DNA from: an uncultured Candidatus Binatia bacterium
GTDB taxonomy: Bacteria; Desulfobacterota; Binatia; UBA9968; CAXXLF01
Assembly: GCA_965218425.1 (NCBI GenBank)
Contig: OZ244621.1
Span: forward strand, 2,304,001-2,368,000
Direction of reading: 5' to 3'
Length of the DNA stretch: 64,000 nucleotides
Made by a program: the position numbers and the translations under genes. Below, in pieces: positions 41,910 to 52,315 of the stretch. Every line of letters begins with the position of its first letter. Position 1 is the stretch's first letter. The notes under the pieces are model-generated. The model made no database searches. It was not told the origin of the DNA and saw only the letters and a program-made list of their open reading frames with translations.

Positions 41910-42452
41910 GTGGACGACGTTCAAAAGATCCTTGTGCCTGTTGATTTTTCGAGTGAATCAGCCGATTCACTCAAGGCCGCAAGCTCGTTGGCGAGGAAGA
42001 TGGGGGCGGAAATTACGGTTTTGCACGTACTGGACAGGGGAGGGCGGGAATTAAGAAACGCCGCAAGGGAATACCTTTCTTCCGATCGGGAGTTCTCTGT
42101 CCCTTATCTCGGCCCTCCATTGTTTTCTCAGGATCGTTGGCGGCGGGAGAAGTCTTCGGATTTGGACGAATTTATTCGGACGACCTTGGGAGAGCATAGC
42201 GAAGTGACGATTCGCAGTAGGATTGAGATTGGAAACCCCGTGAACACCATCCTGCGGGTTGCTGGAGAAGAACGAATGGATCTCATGGTGGTTGCGAAAA
42301 AATGGACCTCCTTAATTTTTCACGTCACCAGCCGGAGCATTCTGCTGAAGTTTGCATTGAAATCGTGTTGCCCTGTGCTTCTCGTCGGTTCAGCGTCAAA
42401 CAATGATGCAAAGTGTTCCCTGTTTAGAAGTTTCCTCCTAAGGTATGGTTAG
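41910..42452 (+). CDS. Universal stress protein family
   Basis: KILVPVDFS..S, ITVLHV, GNP..TIL..A, DLMVV, CPVLLV. Confidence 0.88.
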   Translation: MDDVQKILVPVDFSSESADSLKAASSLARKMGAEITVLHVLDRGGRELRNAAREYLSSDREFSVPYLGPPLFSQDRWRREKSSDLDEFIRTTLGEHSEVTIRSRIEIGNPVNTILRVAGEERMDLMVVAKKWTSLIFHVTSRSILLKFALKSCCPVLLVGSASNNDAKCSLFRSFLLRYG

Positions 42453-42527
42453 AAGCGGCTACCTTTAACAGTTATTCTGGCGAATTGCGTGTTACTGCGC
42501 GTGGTGAATCTTTGCCAATCTCGAGCG

Positions 42528-43250
42528 TTAGTTGGTGAGGTCGAAGGCTTCTTGCAGCGTGAAAGCGCCGGCGTAAAGGGCCCGGCCGATGATGACCCCC
42601 TCCACCCCGTCTCCTTCGATATCCTTGAGACTTCGAATGTCATCCAGAGACGCTACACCCCCCGATGCAATGACAGGGATTTTTATCGCACCAGCAAGAC
42701 GTCGTGTCTCCTTGATGCCGACTCCAGATTGGGTGCCGTCGCGGGTGATTTCGGTGTAAATGATCCGTGCGGCGCCGTCCTCCTCGCACCGCATCGCCAG
42801 TTCCACTGCATCCATGGAGGTATTCTCGAGCCAACCTTTGAGTGCCACTCTGCCCTGTCTCGCATCGATCCCCACGATGACCTTACCCGGCCACTTCTTG
42901 CAGACAGATCGAAGCAGGTCACGGTTTTCATAGGCTGCGGTACCCACAACCACCCGGTGGACACCGGTGGTTAAGGCTTCTTCCATGGCCTTCATGGATC
43001 TCAGCCCTCCACCGAGCTCCACCGAAACATTGAGCGCCGTACAGATGGCGGCCACCTCTTTCTTGTGTACGGGACGGCCTTGCACTGCACCGTTCAAGTC
43101 CACCACATGGAGAAGAGTTGCCCCTTGCTGGGCCCAGTGCCTTGCCGCTTCGAGGGGACTTTCGTAATAAACGGTTTCTTTTTCCATGTCCCCCTGGTAC
43201 AGGCGCACACACCGACCGTCCTTGAGGTCAATAGCGGGAATGATCAGCAT
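42528..43250 (-). CDS. hisA: ProFAR isomerase
   Basis: IIPAIDLKDGRCVRLYQG, LHVVDLNGA, GGGLRS, IASGGV, GRALY. Confidence 0.97.
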   Translation of the reverse strand: MLIIPAIDLKDGRCVRLYQGDMEKETVYYESPLEAARHWAQQGATLLHVVDLNGAVQGRPVHKKEVAAICTALNVSVELGGGLRSMKAMEEALTTGVHRVVVGTAAYENRDLLRSVCKKWPGKVIVGIDARQGRVALKGWLENTSMDAVELAMRCEEDGAARIIYTEITRDGTQSGVGIKETRRLAGAIKIPVIASGGVASLDDIRSLKDIEGDGVEGVIIGRALYAGAFTLQEAFDLTN

Positions 43251-43253
43251 GGG

Positions 43254-43871
43254 CTAGTCCTTTTCTGCGAAACGAGCAAAATTTGAAAGAATACGGAGCC
43301 CCACGGACTGGCTCTTTTCCGGGTGAAATTGGCAGGCGAAGAGATGGTCCGTGGCGATACTGGAGGCGAAGCTCGACCCGTAGGGTGTGGTGGTGGCGAT
43401 GATGGATGATTCATCGGGCACGACGTAGTAGGAGTGAACGAAATAGACAAAGTCGCCGTTTGGGATCCCATCCAGAAAGGGCGACTCCTTCTGTTTTTCG
43501 ATGGAGTTCCATCCCATGTGAGGAACCTTTTGTTGTTCACTGGAGCGAAAACCCACCACCTTGCCGGGAAACAGGTCCAGGCCTTTTTGGCGTCCAAATT
43601 CTTCGCTCTCACTGAAAAGAAGTTGAAATCCGAGACAGATTCCCAGGAACGGTTTTTTCTGTCGCACATATTCCTGGACTGCTTCCACCAACTCAAATCG
43701 CCTTAGGTTCTCCATACAGGCATTGAAAGCGCCCACTCCGGGCAGGACCACTCCCCGGGCGGACGCGATCCGTTGAAGGTCACGGGTTACTTCCGCTTGG
43801 AATCCCACATGCTCGAAACCCTTTTGGACGCTACGGAGGTTTCCCATGCCATAATCAATGATGGCAATCAT
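43254..43871 (-). CDS. hisH: Imidazole glycerol phosphate synthase glutaminase subunit
   Basis: [34 protein letters not shown]. Confidence 0.97.
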   Translation of the reverse strand: MIAIIDYGMGNLRSVQKGFEHVGFQAEVTRDLQRIASARGVVLPGVGAFNACMENLRRFELVEAVQEYVRQKKPFLGICLGFQLLFSESEEFGRQKGLDLFPGKVVGFRSSEQQKVPHMGWNSIEKQKESPFLDGIPNGDFVYFVHSYYVVPDESSIIATTTPYGSSFASSIATDHLFACQFHPEKSQSVGLRILSNFARFAEKD

Positions 43872-44455
43872 AAGCTTCCTTTGGTGGATGGGACTCCTTT
43901 GATGCGTGGATCCAACCGAGTGGCTCCTTCCATGGCGCGGGCAAAGGCCTTGAAGCTTGCCTCAATGATGTGGTGCGGATTTTCCCCCTGGAGCATGTGA
44001 ATGTGAAGGTTCATTCCAAGCTGATTGGCGAAGGCTTGAAAGAATTCATGGGGTAGATCGGTATCGAAATTGCCCACCCGCCCCGGCCGGATTTTGACGT
44101 TGTAGGCCAGGTAAGGCCTTCCGCTGAGATCCACCACAACCCGGGCAAGGGCTTCGTCCAAGGGAACACTCGATTCTCCGAAGCGACGGATTCCTTGTTT
44201 GTCCCCCAAGGCTTCCTTGAAGGCCTGGCCTAGGGCTAACCCCACGTCTTCCACTGTGTGGTGAAGGTCCACCTCAAGGTCCCCTTGGGCCTTTAGCCGT
44301 ATGTCGAACAGACCGTGACGGGCAAAAATTTCAAGCATATGATTGAGAAATGGGATCCCGGTTTCCACCTGTGAGTTGCCGTTGCCGTCCAAATCGAGTT
44401 GCACTGAGATTTGCGTCTCTTTTGTATTTCGTTCTACCTTACCTGCTCGTGCCAT
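43868..44455 (-). CDS. hisB: Imidazoleglycerol-phosphate dehydratase
   Basis: [35 protein letters not shown]. Confidence 0.97.
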   Translation of the reverse strand: MARAGKVERNTKETQISVQLDLDGNGNSQVETGIPFLNHMLEIFARHGLFDIRLKAQGDLEVDLHHTVEDVGLALGQAFKEALGDKQGIRRFGESSVPLDEALARVVVDLSGRPYLAYNVKIRPGRVGNFDTDLPHEFFQAFANQLGMNLHIHMLQGENPHHIIEASFKAFARAMEGATRLDPRIKGVPSTKGSL

Positions 44456-44477
44456 AACGGCTCTCCTTCTTTACAGA

Positions 44478-44652
44478 CCGCTGAAAAAAGCCCATCTGCC
44501 GCCGGCCTGCGCTAAGCAGGCGTCTAGGATAGTCGCGCTCGATTGCCGCGGAAATCATTTCCGCTCTCGTCGGAGTCGCTCTAACGTGCTGCCTGAGTAC
44601 GCCTGCGCTCGTCAACTCCTCGCGCGCCTCGCACCTGAGACCTTTTTGACCG
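44478..44652. repeat. REP/MITE-like intergenic element between hisD and hisB
   Basis: Imperfect terminal inverted repeats CCGCTGAAAAAAG / CTTTTTGACCGG with internal hairpins (GCCTGC..GCAGGC, GCGGAAAT..ATTTCCGC). Confidence 0.5.
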
Positions 44653-44677
44653 GCTTGGGAACAGAAATTCGATATCC

Positions 44678-45964
44678 TCACTTAACCCGCAGTGCAACCG
44701 CTCGGGCATGCTCATCCAATCCCTCGAGTCGTGCCAGTCTGACGATCCAAGGTGCCAATGATGTAAGGCCCCTCCTGTTTGATTGTATAAAGCTTGTCCG
44801 CTTGACGAAATCATAGGTGCCAAGGGGTGAGAAAAATCGTGCACGTCCTCCCGTGGGGAGCACGTGGTTTGGCCCTGCCACGTAGTCTCCTAGTGGGGGA
44901 GTCGTGTAGGGGCCGACGAATAGAGCTCCAGCGTTACGGATGGAACCGGCCCACCGCCTTGCGTTTTTCGCAATCACCTCCACATGCTCTGGGGCAATGG
45001 CGTTGACGAGGTCCACCCCTTCGGTGGGACCTCTTGTAATTATGATTGCACCGAATCGCTCCAGGGCTTTAATGGTGATTGCCTTCCGCTTTGTTTCCTT
45101 CAGTTGTTTTTCCAGTGCCGCCTTTACCTTTAGACCCATGGCGCGGGAGGGGGTAACGCACAGGGCCGCGGCCATTTCATCATGCTCAGCCTGGGAAAGC
45201 ATGTCTGCGGCTACATAGCCTGGGTCTGCGCTGGAGTCCACCAGGAGGAGAACCTCGCTGGGACCGGCAATGGAGTCGATACCCACCTGTCCGAAGACCA
45301 GGCGTTTGGCCGTTGCCACGTAGATATTTCCCGGCCCGACAATCTTATCTACTCTTGGGATCGTCTCGGTGCCGTAGGCCATGGCCGCGACGGCCTGGGC
45401 TCCCCCAACGCGAAAGACTCGGTCCACCTTGGCGACCCGAGCTGCAGCCAGAATGGGAACTTCACTGATCCCTAAGGGAGAGGTCATGACCACTTCTTTG
45501 ACTCCCGCCACCTTTGCGGGAATGACGTTCATGAGCACCGATGACGGATAACAGGCCTTTCCACCGGGGACATAGACGCCGGCGCGCTCCAGTGGGTTCA
45601 GGTTTTGCCCTAGGACGATACCCAGGGGGTCTCGATAACGCCAACTCTTTTCCAATTGGTGGCGGTGATAGCGTTCAATCCGGCGTGCCGCAAAGCGCAA
45701 TGCCCGGAGGTCGTCTCTGGAAATACGTTTAACGGCTTCGTCCATCTCTCGTGGCTTAACCTCGATTTGGTTGCGCTTCAGGCTCAAACCATCAAAGAGA
45801 CGTGCATAGCGAGTCAGGGCAAGGTCGCCGTTTCGACGTACCGTCCGAATAATACTTTTTACCGGGCCTTCGAACTTTTCCTCCTTTTCGTCTCTTCTCC
45901 GGATAATGCCTTCGAGGGCTCTTTTAAACTCTGAGCTTTTGGTTTCAATAAATGCAATGTTCAC
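44678..45964 (-). CDS. hisD: Histidinol dehydrogenase
   Basis: [42 protein letters not shown]. Confidence 0.97.
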   Translation of the reverse strand: MNIAFIETKSSEFKRALEGIIRRRDEKEEKFEGPVKSIIRTVRRNGDLALTRYARLFDGLSLKRNQIEVKPREMDEAVKRISRDDLRALRFAARRIERYHRHQLEKSWRYRDPLGIVLGQNLNPLERAGVYVPGGKACYPSSVLMNVIPAKVAGVKEVVMTSPLGISEVPILAAARVAKVDRVFRVGGAQAVAAMAYGTETIPRVDKIVGPGNIYVATAKRLVFGQVGIDSIAGPSEVLLLVDSSADPGYVAADMLSQAEHDEMAAALCVTPSRAMGLKVKAALEKQLKETKRKAITIKALERFGAIIITRGPTEGVDLVNAIAPEHVEVIAKNARRWAGSIRNAGALFVGPYTTPPLGDYVAGPNHVLPTGGRARFFSPLGTYDFVKRTSFIQSNRRGLTSLAPWIVRLARLEGLDEHARAVALRVK

Positions 45965-47217
45965 CGTTTCAACCTTTGAATGTCTGCGCCGAGCCAGGAG
46001 AATTTCCGTTCAATATTTTCATAGCCTCGGTCTAAATGATAGACCCTGGAAACTTCCGTTGATCCCTCGGCTTTGAGAGCCGCCAGGACTAAGGAGGCGC
46101 TGGCCCGTAGATCAGTTGCCATGACCGGCGCCCCCGAGAGACTCTCCACGCCTTTGATGATAGCGCGGCTCCCTTCAAGTCGAATGTTTGCGCCCATTCG
46201 ATTCAATTCCTGCACGTGCATAAAGCGATTTTCAAAAACGTTCTCGGTGATCACACTGACCCCGTCCGCCACGCTCGTCAATACCATCATCTGTGCCTGC
46301 AGGTCTGTGGGAAAACCTGGATAGGGCAGGGTGGTGATGTCCACACTCCTTGGCCTACTGCACCCTTTGACCCGCACCCCGTCTTCCTCAATATAGATGG
46401 CGGCTCCCGCCTCTCTAAGCTTCACGAGAAAGGCTTCCAGGTGATTGGACGGTGCCCCTTGTACCCTGACGTCGCCGCCGGTCAGCGCAGCGGCCACCAT
46501 GAAGGTCCCTGCTTCAATGCGGTCCGGCATTAACCTGTGGGAGACGGCACCGAGGCGGTCCACCCCCTCGATGGTTAAGGTATTAGTTCCTGCACCGCTG
46601 ATCCGTGCCCCCATTTGGTTTAGAACCGTGGCCAGCTCAGCGATCTCAGGCTCCTCCGCAGCGTTCTCGATCACAGTTTTTCCCTGTGCCAGAGTCGCTG
46701 CCATCATTAGGTTCTCTGTGGCACCCACAGAAGGGAGGTCCAGATAAATGGTGGCCCCATGGAGCCGTGTGGCTTTGGCCTCCACATAGCCGTGAACCAG
46801 GTCAATCTGGGCTCCCATCTGCGCCAGACCTTTGAGATGAAGGTTGACCGGTCGAGGGCCGATGGCGCATCCCCCCGGTGTGGAAACATGAGCGATACCA
46901 AATCTTCCCAGGAGGGGTCCAAGGACCAGGATGGACGCCCTCATGGTTTTTACCAGGTCATAATCGGCTTTTGAGCTTGTGATGGCCTCTGCCTGGAGGG
47001 TCAATTGGCCGAGGCCGGCGCTTTCGATCTTTACTCCGAGCCCGGTGAGCAGCTTCGAGGTGGTATAAATATCCCTGAGGTCAGGGATCCCTTGATAAAA
47101 ACAAGGTTCCGCGGTGAGTAGCGAAGATATCAGGATCGGCAGGGCCGCGTTTTTTGATCCGCTGACCGCCACATCGCCCTCGAGCCTCCGGCCCCCCCGA
47201 ACCAGGATGATGTCCAC
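45961..47217 (-). CDS. murA: UDP-N-acetylglucosamine 1-carboxyvinyltransferase
   Basis: [22 protein letters not shown] (catalytic Cys), [18 protein letters not shown]. Confidence 0.97.
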   Translation of the reverse strand: MDIILVRGGRRLEGDVAVSGSKNAALPILISSLLTAEPCFYQGIPDLRDIYTTSKLLTGLGVKIESAGLGQLTLQAEAITSSKADYDLVKTMRASILVLGPLLGRFGIAHVSTPGGCAIGPRPVNLHLKGLAQMGAQIDLVHGYVEAKATRLHGATIYLDLPSVGATENLMMAATLAQGKTVIENAAEEPEIAELATVLNQMGARISGAGTNTLTIEGVDRLGAVSHRLMPDRIEAGTFMVAAALTGGDVRVQGAPSNHLEAFLVKLREAGAAIYIEEDGVRVKGCSRPRSVDITTLPYPGFPTDLQAQMMVLTSVADGVSVITENVFENRFMHVQELNRMGANIRLEGSRAIIKGVESLSGAPVMATDLRASASLVLAALKAEGSTEVSRVYHLDRGYENIERKFSWLGADIQRLKR

Positions 47218-47241
47218 TTGGTATTACCCTTTCTATGAAGT

Positions 47242-48183
47242 TTACCGAGAAGAATGTTTCCTTAGCGCAGAGATTACTCGTTCCTTGCCAGCCGGCTCCC
47301 CATGAAGAGAAATTTCCGAGTATTCACTCGCGGTTTCAACCAGTGAGCGAAGCGCTTTTCCCATTGTGAATCCCATCTCCAGTGCCAGAAAACCCGGGCT
47401 TTTGAGATAGAGGTAAGCCTGTGGAATGATCCGCCGGTAGAAGTCCAGTCCCTGTGGGCCGGCGTCCAATGCGAGCCTGGGTTCCCATTGGACTTCCTGC
47501 GGCAGGTTGTCCATTTCCCTCTGACTTACGTAGGGGGGATTGGATACGATCCCGTGGAAAAACTCCCTCTTTTTCTCTAAAGGTTCAAACAGGTCTCCAT
47601 GGATAAAGTGGATTCGCTCCCGCACTCCGTGCTGCCCAGCGTTGGACTGTGCGATTGCGAGGGCCTCTGGGGAAATGTCGGTTGCCCAGATCTCCACGTC
47701 GCTTCTCTCCTTGGCCAAACTCACTGAGATGCTTCCGCACCCCGTGCCGAGATCGAGGATGCGAAAATTCGGCTTTGATCCGGAAGGTTCAATATCCCCT
47801 TCGATTCTTGCCAGCTGGCTCAGGGTTTCCTCCACAAGGAGCTCCGTCTCAGGCCGTGGCACCAGCACGGCAGGGGTTAAGGTAAACTCGAGAGACCAAA
47901 ACTCCCGGTGCCCTAGGATGTATGCCATGGGCTCCCACCGGGCGCGTCGCTGGAGGAGTGAGCCATAGGAGGCGTAATGGGCAGAGTCTAGGGTTCTTTC
48001 GTAGTTGACGTAGAGCTGCTCCCTTTCCAATTCCAACGCCTTGCCAAGGAGCAGTTCCGCGTCCAGGCGCGCACTCTCCATTCCCAGTCGGGAAAGAAAC
48101 CTTGTTCCATCCGCCAAGGCCTGCGCTGTGGTCACGTTTCCAGAGTGAGACTTCCCACCAATTTGAAAATCTAAAACGTTCAT
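47242..48183 (-). CDS. prmC: Release factor glutamine methyltransferase
   Basis: EPMAYILG.REFW, LVPRPETELL, DLGTGCG, SNPPY. Confidence 0.95.
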   Translation of the reverse strand: MNVLDFQIGGKSHSGNVTTAQALADGTRFLSRLGMESARLDAELLLGKALELEREQLYVNYERTLDSAHYASYGSLLQRRARWEPMAYILGHREFWSLEFTLTPAVLVPRPETELLVEETLSQLARIEGDIEPSGSKPNFRILDLGTGCGSISVSLAKERSDVEIWATDISPEALAIAQSNAGQHGVRERIHFIHGDLFEPLEKKREFFHGIVSNPPYVSQREMDNLPQEVQWEPRLALDAGPQGLDFYRRIIPQAYLYLKSPGFLALEMGFTMGKALRSLVETASEYSEISLHGEPAGKERVISALRKHSSR

Positions 48184-48254
48184 GGCTATTAGAGGTGATC
48201 CAATCCTCGACGAAACTACTTCAAGAAACTTTATTCATGCCTAGATGCCTGCAA

Positions 48255-48330
48255 GTTAAATTCCTAAATCCGAAGCACGAAGTCTTAAACAATTTTGTTT
48301 CGAATTTCGGATTTCGAGTTTCGAATTTTA
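48255..48330. repeat. AT-rich 7-nt periodic inverted repeat; related copy at ~57670-57870
   Basis: AAATCCGAAGCACGAA...TTTCGAATTTCGGATTTCGAGTTTCGAATTT; the copy near 57845 carries TTCGTGCTTCGGATTT, the reverse complement of the first part. Confidence 0.6.
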
Positions 48331-48397
48331 CTTGGCGTCCTTTGCGTCTTTGCGCGAGGCATTTTTTCCATAAATCCAAATATCGTTTTTTGGTGTT

Positions 48398-49462
48398 TTA
48401 GCCGGTGGCCTGTAGCGCTTCGGCCTGGTAATGAGTGACGAGGGCATCCACCAAAGCCTTGAGATTGCCGTCCATGACCTGTTCCAACTTGTATAGCGTA
48501 AAGTTAATCCGATGATCGGTGACCCTTCCCTGGGGAAAGTTGTAGGTTCGAATTCGCTCGCTGCGATCTCCGCTTCCTACCATGAGTTTTCTTGTTGCGG
48601 CAATTTCTGAGCGTTGCTCCTCTTGTTTTCGTTCCAATAGACGTGCCCGTAGGATCTTAAGACCCTTGGATTTGTTTTTATGCTGGGACTTCTCGTCTTG
48701 ACAGGTAACCACGAGACCCGTGGGCAGATGAGTGATCCTGACCGCGGAGTCTGTGGTGTTGACGCTCTGTCCACCGGGACCCGAAGAGCGGTACACATCC
48801 ACTCGGAGTTCCTTGGGATCGATCCCCACTTCCACTTCGTCCGCCTCGGGAAGAACTGCCACTGTCACGGCAGAGGTATGGATGCGCCCTGAGGCCTCTG
48901 TAACCGGCACCCGCTGGACCCGGTGGACTCCCCCCTCGAACTTTAGCTGGCTATAAACTCCTTGCCCTTCGATGAGAGCGATGATCTCCTTAAATCCACC
49001 GAGACCCGTAGGGTTCGAGTTCATGATTTCGACTTTCCATCCACGGGATTCGGCATAGCGGGTGTACATACGAAAGAGCGATGCCGCAAAGAGCGAGGCC
49101 TCCTCACCCCCGCTCCCAGCCCGGATCTCGAGAAGGACGCTCTTGCTATCATTGGGGTCCTTGGGAAGCAAAAGGAGCTTGAGCCGGTTCTCCAGGTTTT
49201 GTTTCTCTTCTTGAAGGGCCACCAACTCTTCCTTGGCCAGATCCCTGAGGGCCTCGTCCTTTTCATTGAGCAGTTCCCGATTGTCCTCGATCTCTTTTTC
49301 TACTTTTCTCCATTGGCGATAACAGGTTACCACCTCTTCCAAATCGGAACGCTCCTTGGCCACCTTGGAGTATTCTCGTTGGTTGCTCAAGAGTTGGGGG
49401 TCGGCCAAGAGACGGTCCAACTCTCCGTATCGTTTTTCCACTTCAGCCAGTTTGTCCAGCAT
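48398..49462 (-). CDS. prfA: Peptide chain release factor 1
   Basis: GGQ motif ([10 protein letters not shown]), PVT anticodon-mimic motif, [10 protein letters not shown]. Confidence 0.97.
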   Translation of the reverse strand: MLDKLAEVEKRYGELDRLLADPQLLSNQREYSKVAKERSDLEEVVTCYRQWRKVEKEIEDNRELLNEKDEALRDLAKEELVALQEEKQNLENRLKLLLLPKDPNDSKSVLLEIRAGSGGEEASLFAASLFRMYTRYAESRGWKVEIMNSNPTGLGGFKEIIALIEGQGVYSQLKFEGGVHRVQRVPVTEASGRIHTSAVTVAVLPEADEVEVGIDPKELRVDVYRSSGPGGQSVNTTDSAVRITHLPTGLVVTCQDEKSQHKNKSKGLKILRARLLERKQEEQRSEIAATRKLMVGSGDRSERIRTYNFPQGRVTDHRINFTLYKLEQVMDGNLKALVDALVTHYQAEALQATG

Positions 49463-49500
49463 GGGTTAACCGTTTACCATTGGTTTGGTTGTTGAGAACG

Positions 49501-49537
49501 AAAAAGGGCAAAGGGAAACCGCCTGCCCTTTGCCCTT
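49501..49537 (-). terminator. Rho-independent terminator after rpmE
   Basis: Minus strand AAGGGCAAAGGG-loop-CCCTTTGCCCTT followed by TTT. Confidence 0.7.
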
Positions 49538-49592
49538 CCTGTGGATTGACCAATTTAGCTGATTACATTCAGGTCCGAGCCCTCAGTTGGGT

Positions 49593-49796
49593 TTAGTTTT
49601 TCAGCCCGTATTTCTTTTTGAACTTCTCAACTCGACCGGCGGCGTCCATGAGCTTTTGCTTCCCTGTAAAGAAAGGGTGGCAGTTTGAGCAGATTTCCAC
49701 GTGGATATTTTCAACTGTCGAATGGGTTTCTATCACGTTTCCACAGGCACAGCTTATGGTCACGGGTTTGTATTCGGGATGGATGCCTTCTTTCAT
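49593..49796 (-). CDS. rpmE: 50S ribosomal protein L31 (zinc-binding type)
   Basis: [29 protein letters not shown]. Confidence 0.96.
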   Translation of the reverse strand: MKEGIHPEYKPVTISCACGNVIETHSTVENIHVEICSNCHPFFTGKQKLMDAAGRVEKFKKKYGLKN

Positions 49797-50477
49797 AATA
49801 ACCCCCAAACTGCCTTTATAGCATGGACCTCCTAACCCTTCAAACTACCCTGGAATCGAGTAGTTGGAATACCTGGCTCAAGGGATCACGGTCTATGGTA
49901 GGGGCGCTCCGTCAGGTGATGATCGAAATGCGAGGGTAGTTGGGGGAGTTAGCGAGGCCGTGGCAGCGTGGTTTGGGGCTCCTTTGCCGGACCCGGGCCT
50001 TGCTTTGGATACTAAGCGCTACTGCCGGTCCCCCGCGTGCGTTTGGTTTTCAGGGACTCGATCCATTGATTTGATTCACGCGCCGCGATCTCGCGGCCAC
50101 GGAGTCCAAGGGCGAGGACTGCCAGGAGCTTGGGCAGATACTGCTCGATCAGGAGAGCAAGCTCATTGAATTGGCCCATATTCATGTGGTTATCTCCTTA
50201 TTATCAAGGCGGTGGTTGTCCTTGGTTATCAATGTTCATGTAAATGAACTTGCATTTCAGGTCTTGATGTCCAGAAAATTATTCAGCAAGCATTAGGCCC
50301 TCCAGGGCATGGTCAGAGGGGTGGCTCATCGAAACCTTCTCGTCACACCTATACTCCAAAACCTCCCAATGGCATTGTGCTTCTTGCCAATTGGCTTGAT
50401 TGCCTCTATTATCCAATCGCAACCAGGGGGTTGTCATTGGAGCCTCTGATTGCCTTTCAACTCTGAACTAATAGCCT

Positions 50478-52307
50478 ATGACCCTTCCGCCGCTGCCCGA
50501 TCCCCACGCCATTGCCGTAATGTTTTTGGTATTGCTGGCGTTGACTTTGTTCACACGCGAGCACATCCCTATGGAGTCCTCGAGTCTGTGCGTCCTCGCG
50601 GTATTGACCGTTGGTTTCGAGCTGTTCCCCTACCAGACCCCTAGCGGGACTCTGCATGCGGTGGAGTTCTTCACTGGTTTTGGCCATGAAGCGCTGATTG
50701 CTGTATGTGCGCTTATGATTGCCGGCCAAGGACTGGTGCGCACCGGTGCCCTCGAGCCGGTGGGACGAGCGTTGACGCGCCTGTGGAAATTCAGCCCCGC
50801 GTTGTCGTTGTTGCTCACCCTTGTAGTGGGTGCCGCTCTGAGCGCGTTCGTTAACAATACGCCGGTGGTCGTATTGCTGTTGCCCATTGTGGTGAGCGTT
50901 TCAGTACGCATTGGAACGCCGGCGTCAGGGAGCTTGATGCCCATGGGGCTGGCCACCCTCGTGGGCGGTATGGCCACAACCATCGGTACCTCCACCAACC
51001 TGCTGGTGGTCAGCGTAGCGGCAGACATGGGTATACGTCGTTTCGAGATGTTCGATTTCTTTTTGCCGGTGGCCATCGCGGGTAGTGTGGGCATCGTATA
51101 CCTGTGGTTGATAGCGCCCCGATTACTCCCAAAGCGTGACGCACAATTGCAAGACGGTTCGCCGCATATCTTCACGGCTCAGCTGGTTGTTCAAGAAGGG
51201 AGTTTCGCAGCGGGAAAGATGCTGTCCGAGGTGAGGGAGAAGACCGGCGGCGCACTGCAAGTCGTCCACATCCAACGCCAACCAAAGACTCTCATCATGG
51301 CTCTCCCGGACGCGACCCTGGAGGCGGGCGACCGGTTGCTCGTCAAAGATACGCCGGAGCGTCTCAAGGAATTTGAACAGACCCTTGGGGCCGCGCTGTA
51401 TTCCGGTGACGTGCCGGTGGACGAGGAGCATCCTTTGACGGCGAAAGATCAGCAACTCGCCGAAGTCGTGGTCATTCAGGGTTCACCCCTGGAAGGGCTG
51501 ACCCTTAACACCGCCCGACTTATCGACCGCTATCAGCTGGTAACACTTGCACTGCAGCGGCCTGGAAGGGCCATTGAGGCCATGCGCACCGATCTCAGGG
51601 ACGTGACGTTACGTACGGGCGATATACTGCTGGTTCAAGGTCCGCGTGATAGCATCGCCGAGCTCAAACGGGTCAATGAGTTTCTGGTGCTGGACGCCAC
51701 CACCGACCTCCCGCATACGGTCAAGGCCTCCCTCGCGTTGAGCATCATGGCGGCCATTGTTCTCCTTGCCGCTCTGGGAATCTTACCCATTGCCATCAGT
51801 GCCTCGGTGGGAGTGCTGGTGATGATTTCGACCGGTTGCCTCAATTGGCGTGATGCCACGCGTGCGTTGAGCGCACCGGTGATTATGATCGTGGTTGCCA
51901 GCTTGGCGTTGGGGGTGGCGCTGCTACGCACGGGTGGCGCCGAATATTTGGCCCAGGTGTTTGTGGCTCTGGTAGCTGATATACCTCCCGCTGGAGTGTT
52001 GAGCGGCTTGATCTTGTTAATGGCCGTTCTGACCAATATCGTCTCGAACAACGCCGCGGCAGTGATTGGCACACCTATTGCCATCAGTATGGCAAAGGAG
52101 CTCAATCTTCCCGCTGAAGCCTTCGTGTTGGCCGTGCTCTTTGGCGCCAATATGAGCTACGCGACCCCCATAGCGTACAAGACCAATCTGCTGGTCATGA
52201 GTGCCGGCGGCTACACCTTCACGGATTTCCTACGGGTGGGTGCGCCTCTCACCCTTATCATGTGGGCGGTCTTCTCTTGGTTACTCCCGTTCCTCTACGG
52301 CGTTTGA
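50478..52307 (+). CDS. SLC13 family permease with two TrkA-C (RCK_C) domains
   Basis: SAFVNNT, TTIGTSTNL, central soluble repeats (GS..AGKML, GSPLEG.TL, GDILL), SNNAAA, TPIAYKTNL. Confidence 0.9.
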   Translation: MTLPPLPDPHAIAVMFLVLLALTLFTREHIPMESSSLCVLAVLTVGFELFPYQTPSGTLHAVEFFTGFGHEALIAVCALMIAGQGLVRTGALEPVGRALTRLWKFSPALSLLLTLVVGAALSAFVNNTPVVVLLLPIVVSVSVRIGTPASGSLMPMGLATLVGGMATTIGTSTNLLVVSVAADMGIRRFEMFDFFLPVAIAGSVGIVYLWLIAPRLLPKRDAQLQDGSPHIFTAQLVVQEGSFAAGKMLSEVREKTGGALQVVHIQRQPKTLIMALPDATLEAGDRLLVKDTPERLKEFEQTLGAALYSGDVPVDEEHPLTAKDQQLAEVVVIQGSPLEGLTLNTARLIDRYQLVTLALQRPGRAIEAMRTDLRDVTLRTGDILLVQGPRDSIAELKRVNEFLVLDATTDLPHTVKASLALSIMAAIVLLAALGILPIAISASVGVLVMISTGCLNWRDATRALSAPVIMIVVASLALGVALLRTGGAEYLAQVFVALVADIPPAGVLSGLILLMAVLTNIVSNNAAAVIGTPIAISMAKELNLPAEAFVLAVLFGANMSYATPIAYKTNLLVMSAGGYTFTDFLRVGAPLTLIMWAVFSWLLPFLYGV

Positions 52308-52315
52308 TTTTTATA

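Noticed and set aside
29190..48360. Repeats as a CRISPR array
   Set aside because: Copies are dispersed and degenerate, with no regular repeat-spacer periodicity and no cas genes.
49860..50170. Possible tRNA/ncRNA or ORF upstream of rpmE
   Set aside because: GC-rich, but no cloverleaf, T-loop consensus or recognisable protein motif found by eye.
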